A stretch of DNA of 32,000 nucleotides from Candidatus Velamenicoccus archaeovorus (lineage in GTDB: Bacteria; Omnitrophota; Gorgyraeia; Velamenicoccales; Velamenicoccaceae). The notes below the pieces were generated by a model. That model made no database searches. It was not told the DNA's origin and saw only the letters and a program-made list of their open reading frames with translations. Location of the stretch: contig NZ_CP019384.1 in assembly GCF_004102945.1 (NCBI RefSeq), forward strand, positions 960,001 through 992,000, given 5' to 3'. A program made the position numbers and the translations under genes. This document shows positions 27,041-32,000 of the stretch, in pieces (the first letter of the stretch is position 1; every line of letters starts with the position of its first letter).

Positions 27041-28123
27041 TCACGCCTCGTCGCTGACCATGAGGATTGAATCAAGCTCGCCAAACGGATTCTTTTCCGA
27101 AATCGGGTTCGAAGGATCTTCTGTCCATTTTCCGTCGACGACAAAACGATATTTATAGTTGCCAGGTTTCAGGCTGACCTGTGTCTTCCAGATGCCGTTA
27201 TCCTTCGTGAGGCGCGATCTGTCGTCCAGGGACCAGTTATTGAATTCGCCGACGACATAAACGCTGTCATTCGCAGAACCTGTGAATTGGAACTCGACAG
27301 GCAAAAGCTCGCGGGTCTTCTTTTTGACGATCTTCTTCATGGCGGCCGTGATCTTCTCCATCAAGGCGCCCTCTCCGGAGATGATCTCGCGCGACAGGCT
27401 GAAATAATCCTTGGCCCCGCGGCTGTATTTATCGAAGGCGAAAATCGTCTTGGCTTCGGATTGTGATTCTTTGATCTTTACGTTGATATGCACGATCGTA
27501 TTGAAGACCTTCGACCCAAAGGTCTCCTTGATCTGATTAAGAACATTGAAAGAGTGGCGCAGGCGGGAATCGAAATTATTCACAAGCACGCGATAGGACA
27601 CTTTATGGCCGAGCCTGTCCCTGATCAAATCCACGATCTCGACGAGCCTCTGCACGCCGTCCACCGAAAAACGGGACGCCTCGACGGGGATGATCATCTG
27701 ATGCGCCGCCCGGATCGCATTCACCGTCAACAATCCCAGGTTCGGAGGACAATCGATCAGACAAAAATCATAAGCACCCTGAAAATCCTTCAAAATGTCC
27801 TGCAATCTTGATTCGCGGCCGATCTCGTCAGACAATTCCTGGTCTATGGTCGACAACATGATATTGGACGGCGCCAGGTCAAAATTGGGCCCGATATTGA
27901 CAATGATGTCTTTCAGGGAGCATTTGTTCTTGCTGATCTTGGACAAGCAATCATAGATGCCGATATCTTTCTCGACTCCCAACCCCATCGAAGCATGGGC
28001 CTGAGGATCCAGGTCAATCAAAAGCGTCTTCTTGCCGTTAAGCGCCAGAGCTGCAGCCAGGTTACAAGCCGTCGTGGTCTTACCGCATCCGCCTTTTTGA
28101 TTGGCAACTGCAAATATCTCCAT
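27041..28123 (-). CDS. ParA/MinD-family P-loop ATPase fused to a C-terminal AMPK-beta-type glycogen-binding module (CBM48)
   Basis: Deviant Walker A 'NQKGGCGKTTT', 'LLIDLDPQAHAS' and Walker B 'FCLIDCPP'. C-terminal 87 aa (27044-27304) 'VYVVGEFNNWS...LKPGNYKYRFVVDGKWTEDPSNP' parallels AMPK-beta GBD 'VYLSGSFNNWS...LPEGEHQYKFFVDGQWTHDPSEP'. Start set at ATG 28123 (GGAGG 5 nt upstream). Confidence 0.8.
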   Translation of the reverse strand: MEIFAVANQKGGCGKTTTACNLAAALALNGKKTLLIDLDPQAHASMGLGVEKDIGIYDCLSKISKNKCSLKDIIVNIGPNFDLAPSNIMLSTIDQELSDEIGRESRLQDILKDFQGAYDFCLIDCPPNLGLLTVNAIRAAHQMIIPVEASRFSVDGVQRLVEIVDLIRDRLGHKVSYRVLVNNFDSRLRHSFNVLNQIKETFGSKVFNTIVHINVKIKESQSEAKTIFAFDKYSRGAKDYFSLSREIISGEGALMEKITAAMKKIVKKKTRELLPVEFQFTGSANDSVYVVGEFNNWSLDDRSRLTKDNGIWKTQVSLKPGNYKYRFVVDGKWTEDPSNPISEKNPFGELDSILMVSDEA

Positions 28124-28158
28124 ATCGACCTCCGGTCCTAAGGTTTGGCCCATCCACC

Positions 28159-28737
28159 CTATTTGACGAATTCCACACCATCTATCAAAAGAACGCCTTT
28201 TTTACGGCGTAAATTCCATTCTTCGACGCTAAACGCCAACTGGTCCAGATGAGACCAATCGTTTAATGCATGAAAATTCTCTCGAGGGATCTCGATGATT
28301 TTCCAGGAAGGGCCGATGCTGCGTATATACAGGCTGGAGGTTTCTTTGCGTTTGTTTGTGAGGCTCACTTTAACGATCCCGTCTTTCTGGCTATCGTCGT
28401 CCATCATACGCAGGGAAAACCGCACGGATTTATACTCCCGCAGGTCTATCTCGGGTATATCGATCGCCAGGGTTTCGATCCTTGACGTCGCACGATTCAA
28501 AAAATTGTAACTCAGACGAAACGGCCCGTCGTGCTTGACGAGACCCAGCCGGCGTCCGACTTGCACGCCTCTAAAATTCGTCGTTGTCACGATTTTTATG
28601 GCGGCCAGGATGAATAAGGCCGTCAGCAAGAACAACAGGATGCGTTTGCTGAGAGTTTTGCGGTCTTTCTTGCGGGGCGGCTTCTTCTTTTTCTCAAAGA
28701 AAGTGCTCGCGATATGATCGGAAATTTCTTTTTTCAT
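28159..28737 (-). CDS. Single-pass membrane protein: basic cytoplasmic N-tail, TM helix, C-terminal beta-sandwich (CIA30/CBM11-like) domain
   Basis: 'EKKKKPPRKKDRKTLSKR' is followed by TM 'ILLFLLTALFILAAIKIV'. The C-terminal ~140 aa end in 'GVLLIDGVEFVK', a pattern seen in CBM11/CIA30-type sandwiches. Family assignment is tentative. Confidence 0.45.
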   Translation of the reverse strand: MKKEISDHIASTFFEKKKKPPRKKDRKTLSKRILLFLLTALFILAAIKIVTTTNFRGVQVGRRLGLVKHDGPFRLSYNFLNRATSRIETLAIDIPEIDLREYKSVRFSLRMMDDDSQKDGIVKVSLTNKRKETSSLYIRSIGPSWKIIEIPRENFHALNDWSHLDQLAFSVEEWNLRRKKGVLLIDGVEFVK

Positions 28738-28788
28738 TGTAACATCAATGCGATACTTGTCAATAAGTTCTCTTGCCTATTTATCGGC

Positions 28789-28826
28789 CGCAGAAGGACT
28801 TTGCGTCTAAACGCTAACCTTCTGCG
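28789..28826 (-). terminator. Nested hairpin downstream of the GH57 gene (non-canonical terminator or processing site)
   Basis: 9-bp stem cgcagaagg (28789-28797) / ccttctgcg (28818-28826) encloses an inner gcgt/acgc stem (28803-28814). Begins ~20 nt after the GH57 stop. No U-tract follows on the minus strand. Confidence 0.3.
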
Positions 28827-28847
28827 ATCCCAAAGGGATAGGTCTTC

Positions 28848-30401
28848 TTAGTAAGGCGACGTGGGATCCAACGACTGGTTCAAACAGGCAGGCGGCTCTT
28901 GTCCTATCATCCGGTATAAATTTTTTAAATGAAGCCTGTAAAGCTCGTCAAAAGCAACGTTTTTATCGCCATACCACCAAAACCAGTCGCTGCCTTCCAG
29001 AATATGGACCTGTTTCATGATGCGCTCATCCTGAAGCTCCTGCGGGCTCAATGACCTCCTGGCTTCGGCGAGACATTCCCATGCCGCATTTTTAGCCGGG
29101 TGCCCCATCCATTTATTCAATGTCCCATGGATCCACGATCCCGTGACCAGGGACGGCAACGAATGGCGCACGGGATGCCCTGCAAGGTATTCCCGCACCG
29201 TGACCGCTTTCATATAAGTTGCCTCGCTGATGCGCTGGTAAAGCGCCCTTAAAAAATCCCTGCCGTCGTTTCTGTAATATTCCCAGGCGTTTTCACCGTC
29301 GAGCGCCACCGTGACAAGACAATCGTCATCGCCGAAATATTCGTGGATCTTCAGGACATGGTACATGAAATTATCCACGGCATCGGTGGTGCGCCAATGT
29401 TGATATTCGAAACCGATCAGGTCCGAAAGGTATTTGTCGCGGAACAAAACTGTCAGCGGGCCGTTTTTTGTCTTGACGCCATAAGGACGGTAAAGAACGC
29501 GCCCGTCCCGGTGTATCTTTTTTGCCGTATTCCACAACATCGCCTCATCGGTGACGATCCAGCTCACTTGCGATTTCACGAGGCTCGGCAGGATATCCAT
29601 GGAGACCGCCTGCTCCGAAGGCCACATCCCGACGGCAGCATCGCCGAAACGTTCCCGATAGAACTTCACCGCTTCCTGGATATGCCAGATCGCATCTTCC
29701 GGCTGGGAAAAGATCGTCTTGGGCAGGGGCGTATTCGGATTGGCATCGCGCGCGGCAAATGAAGAAAACAACAAAGGCAAGATCGGATGAAAATAAGGAG
29801 AAACACTGACCTCAATCTTCCCTTCATCCTGCATCCTTTTATAAGCCGGGATGATTTCTTTTAAGATGCTGAATTGCCTGGCGACTACGGCTTGTTTCTC
29901 CTCTTCTGTAAAATACCTGCCTTTTTTCACAAGAGAGCGCAATTCGGGGATATTGGCGCGGAAATAAGGGTCTATCCACGAAAGATTAAACCAGACCTGG
30001 AGGTCCAAATAATCCTGATCGGAAAAACCGTAATCCTCGTGTTTTTTTAAAAACAGCTCATAATATCGCGGGTGGACGGAAACGACGCGGTTCAGTTCTG
30101 CCGAAAAGAAATTCTCCCTGACAAAATGCTTTTCATCAGGAGTCAATTCAGAGGCGCGTTTTTGGGTTAAACGGAGAAAACGGTCCGATAACCGGCCCGC
30201 GGCATATTCCTCGATCTGTTCGAGCAACGAAGGAACAACATTGAAGGTCTGGTGGACGTCCGGGAATTCATCCAAAAGAAGGGCCATGTCGAGATAATCT
30301 TTTGTGCCGTGCAGCCGCACCCAGGGAAGCTCGGCTTCCCCCGTCAGGAGGTTCTTGTAGTACGGCTGATGCATATGAAGGATAAATGCGAGATAGACCA
30401 T
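28848..30401 (-). CDS. GH57-family alpha-glucan-active enzyme (alpha-amylase/amylopullulanase-like, not branching-enzyme type)
   Basis: The five GH57 conserved regions are recognisable: 'LHMHQPYY', 'GKIEVSVSPYFHPILP', 'GMWPSEQAVS' (nucleophile Glu), 'ALDGENAWEY' (acid/base Asp), 'LEGSDWFWWYG'. Confidence 0.8.
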   Translation of the reverse strand: MVYLAFILHMHQPYYKNLLTGEAELPWVRLHGTKDYLDMALLLDEFPDVHQTFNVVPSLLEQIEEYAAGRLSDRFLRLTQKRASELTPDEKHFVRENFFSAELNRVVSVHPRYYELFLKKHEDYGFSDQDYLDLQVWFNLSWIDPYFRANIPELRSLVKKGRYFTEEEKQAVVARQFSILKEIIPAYKRMQDEGKIEVSVSPYFHPILPLLFSSFAARDANPNTPLPKTIFSQPEDAIWHIQEAVKFYRERFGDAAVGMWPSEQAVSMDILPSLVKSQVSWIVTDEAMLWNTAKKIHRDGRVLYRPYGVKTKNGPLTVLFRDKYLSDLIGFEYQHWRTTDAVDNFMYHVLKIHEYFGDDDCLVTVALDGENAWEYYRNDGRDFLRALYQRISEATYMKAVTVREYLAGHPVRHSLPSLVTGSWIHGTLNKWMGHPAKNAAWECLAEARRSLSPQELQDERIMKQVHILEGSDWFWWYGDKNVAFDELYRLHLKNLYRMIGQEPPACLNQSLDPTSPY

Positions 30402-30485
30402 GGAAAAACGATTACTCAGATTGTAGAAGCAGATGGCACAGATTAAAAAACATTTTTATATCGGCCTTACCTAAATATGAAAGAT

Positions 30486-30514
30486 ATATTACCATGTCTG
30501 AAGCCATATTGCAA
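30486..30514 (-). promoter_or_regulatory. Sigma70-like promoter candidate for the GH57 gene
   Basis: Minus-strand TTGCAA (30514-30509), 17-nt spacer, TAATAT (30491-30486). Predicts a ~75-80-nt leader before ATG 30401. Confidence 0.4.
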
Positions 30515-30538
30515 AACAATCCCCTCCTTTCAACTCAT

Positions 30539-30589
30539 CTTGATTGAAGCTCGGCTTCAATCAAGGATTACGGCTTCAATCAGGGATTA
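30539..30589. promoter_or_regulatory. Perfect 12-bp-arm palindrome plus a tandem copy of one half-site (candidate operator)
   Basis: cttgattgaagc (30539-30550) tcg gcttcaatcaag (30554-30565). Then 'ggcttcaatcaaggatta' (30553-30570) recurs as 'ggcttcaatcagggatta' (30572-30589) at 19-nt period. Located 25-75 nt upstream of the -35 candidate. Confidence 0.4.
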
Positions 30590-30616
30590 GACTTGTTTTG
30601 TCTCATTAAGGCGTGG

Positions 30617-30656
30617 ATAAAAACAAGAACCCCTGGGTTTCCCCAGGGGTTCTTGT
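30617..30656 (-). terminator. Rho-independent terminator of the porin gene
   Basis: 15-bp perfect GC-rich stem (30623-30637 / 30642-30656, loop tttc), followed on the minus strand by TTTTAT. Preceded by a second hairpin at 30679-30713 (taggccctgcgc / gcgcaggccta, one bulge). Confidence 0.75.
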
Positions 30657-30725
30657 AAAACAACTGCGCTTTCTAGGTTAGGCCCTGCGCTTATTAGGAA
30701 TTGCGCAGGCCTAGTGCTTTCTGCA

Positions 30726-32000
30726 CTAGAAGCTAACTTTGCAGGAAGCGATTGCTTCAGCCGCTGTCTCACCCTGCTTATAACCGGTCGTAACGTTTTC
30801 CGAGGCAATTGCCTTGCCAGGGAAGAACCAACCGCAGAGCAAGCCAAGCTGGACGTCTTCCGTGTAGTTATAAACCAGATTAACGTCTATCTCCTGACCG
30901 AGCTCTTTCTTGCCAGCGTTGAAGTAGTAACCGTTGCCATCGTAATCGTTCATGTTCAAAACGCCAGATCTGGAAGGAGCTTTGGCCATCAACAAGTACA
31001 CATAATCCAACTGCAGCCACACATCTTCGATGGGAGAAAATTTGCCCATCAAATCGATGTTATGCGCATTAGACTGCGGGAAGAGTGCATTGATGATATG
31101 ACCGTTGGTCTGGTTTTCGAACATCGGATCCCATGCATGGTAGTTCTTGTCAGAGTTAGGATTGCTGCCGCTATTTCTGTCGGCATCACCGGAGAAGTAG
31201 GAGTAGATCAACCCGAAAGACGGAGTGTACTTCCAACCCGGAGTATACATAACAACAGACTGAGATGCCCATGCACTGCGATCTCTTTCAACAGTAGAGG
31301 TGCCAGCCGGTGAAAGTTTCTTACCGAACTGGTATGCCATTTCCTGCTGCAGATTCAGCTTGCTGGTCGGCATGGTGCTGACGCGGCCACCAATGGTCTG
31401 CACGCTGTCAAGCTTGTCCACACCGGTATGTTTCTCGGAACTATTATCCTTTGACCAGAAGTAACCTTCGGCCAAAGTGTTCCACTTATCTGAAAACTGA
31501 TAAGCGGCATTGATACCATACAGGTTGATCCAATCGTTTGAATTGGCGCCTGTAACGGTAGCATGATCGATAACCGCATACACGACGTCGATAACGAGCG
31601 GATCATAATTCAATGTGGCCCTGATCGCATCAAACGCCTTGCGATACGCCAAATCACCATTCACAGAGCCGTAACCGGCCGCTTCGTTATAATTGGTGGT
31701 CTGGTTCGTACCGATTCCGCCAGAAACCGCATTGCTGTCAGGATTACCAACGCCATCGCCAATGATCATATCATTGCCGAAGTGGAGTTCCTGACGGCCG
31801 ACTGTCAACGTCAATGGAGAATACAAGAACTCCTTCAACGTGACATAAGCCAAGTCGAGATCAATGTCGGTCGCATTGCTATTCGAAGACCCGACCTGAT
31901 TCCAATTCCGTTCATTGATCAAACGGATAGTAGCAGCAACGTTATCCGTGAGGTCTGCATCAACTCTCAGGCGGACAACGCTGTTGAAGACGCTGATCCT
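30726..32000 (-). CDS. Outer-membrane beta-barrel, alginate-export (AlgE)-like porin, 5'-partial (runs off window)
   Basis: The track 'M' at 31922 is a TTG. The frame stays open to position 32000 ('RISVFNSVVRLRVDADLTDNVAATIRLINERNW...'). 'LAYVTLKEFLYSPLTLTVGRQELHFGNDMIIGDG' resembles the alginate-export signature. Alternating beta-strand pattern, Gly/Asn/Tyr-rich, C-terminal Phe. Confidence 0.55.
   Translation of the reverse strand, partial: RISVFNSVVRLRVDADLTDNVAATIRLINERNWNQVGSSNSNATDIDLDLAYVTLKEFLYSPLTLTVGRQELHFGNDMIIGDGVGNPDSNAVSGGIGTNQTTNYNEAAGYGSVNGDLAYRKAFDAIRATLNYDPLVIDVVYAVIDHATVTGANSNDWINLYGINAAYQFSDKWNTLAEGYFWSKDNSSEKHTGVDKLDSVQTIGGRVSTMPTSKLNLQQEMAYQFGKKLSPAGTSTVERDRSAWASQSVVMYTPGWKYTPSFGLIYSYFSGDADRNSGSNPNSDKNYHAWDPMFENQTNGHIINALFPQSNAHNIDLMGKFSPIEDVWLQLDYVYLLMAKAPSRSGVLNMNDYDGNGYYFNAGKKELGQEIDVNLVYNYTEDVQLGLLCGWFFPGKAIASENVTTGYKQGETAAEAIASCKVSF

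Noticed and set aside
30412-30507. 31-codon minus-strand ORF (MASDMVIYLSYLGKADIKMFFNLCHLLLQSE) in the GH57 leader, downstream of a GGAGGGG tract
   Set aside because: Its ATG falls inside the spacer of the better-formed TTGCAA-17-TAATAT promoter, so it would not be on that transcript. The GGAGG is ~15 nt from the ATG. The composition looks like random AT-rich sequence. It is kept only as a note.

Overview
32-kb window in which every gene I can support (30 CDS, one running off the high-coordinate edge) lies on the minus strand. I recognised no rRNA, tRNA, CRISPR array, transposase or integrase. In transcription order (high to low coordinates): (i) a partial outer-membrane beta-barrel (alginate-export-like porin, 30726-32000) ending in a clean intrinsic terminator. 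(ii) A GH57 alpha-glucan enzyme, then an operon encoding a membrane-anchored beta-sandwich protein, a ParA/MinD ATPase with a C-terminal AMPK-beta-type glycogen-binding module (CBM48), a nitroreductase, an OsmC-family protein, and a protein joining an extremely Arg/Lys-rich N-terminus to an EF-Tu-domain-II-like barrel. (iii) An AT-rich islet with an orphan four-helix-bundle (23S rRNA IVS protein / Avd family) gene and a MITE-like palindromic element. (iv) A ~23.5-kb, 20-gene, tightly coupled envelope-glycan locus (23611 down to 42). It holds a glycolipid-type module (GT28, LpxL-family acyltransferase, GT2), the GDP-L-fucose pathway (manC, gmd, fcl), GT9, GT4 and a WbaP-type initiating phosphoglycosyltransferase. 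Next come CDP-3,6-dideoxyhexose genes (rfbG-like, rfbH/E1, rfbF, SDR) interrupted by a GtrB/ArnC-type polyprenyl-phosphate glycosyltransferase. The locus ends in an AT-richer distal cassette: a GT-C/polymerase-like membrane protein, two paralogous radical-SAM/SPASM enzymes, a B12-binding radical-SAM enzyme, a Wzx-type flippase and a cytoplasmic beta-propeller glycosidase-like protein. The host is probably a diderm bacterium (porin, LpxL-like, GT9), but I cannot place it taxonomically from sequence alone. The best candidates for undescribed biology are the ParA-CBM48 fusion beside GH57 (possible glycogen/alpha-glucan granule positioning system) and the three-radical-SAM cassette inside the glycan locus. 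All family calls come from motif recognition by eye, not database searches. The ORF track translates alternative start codons (TTG/GTG) as M, so I re-derived several starts from the nucleotide sequence.
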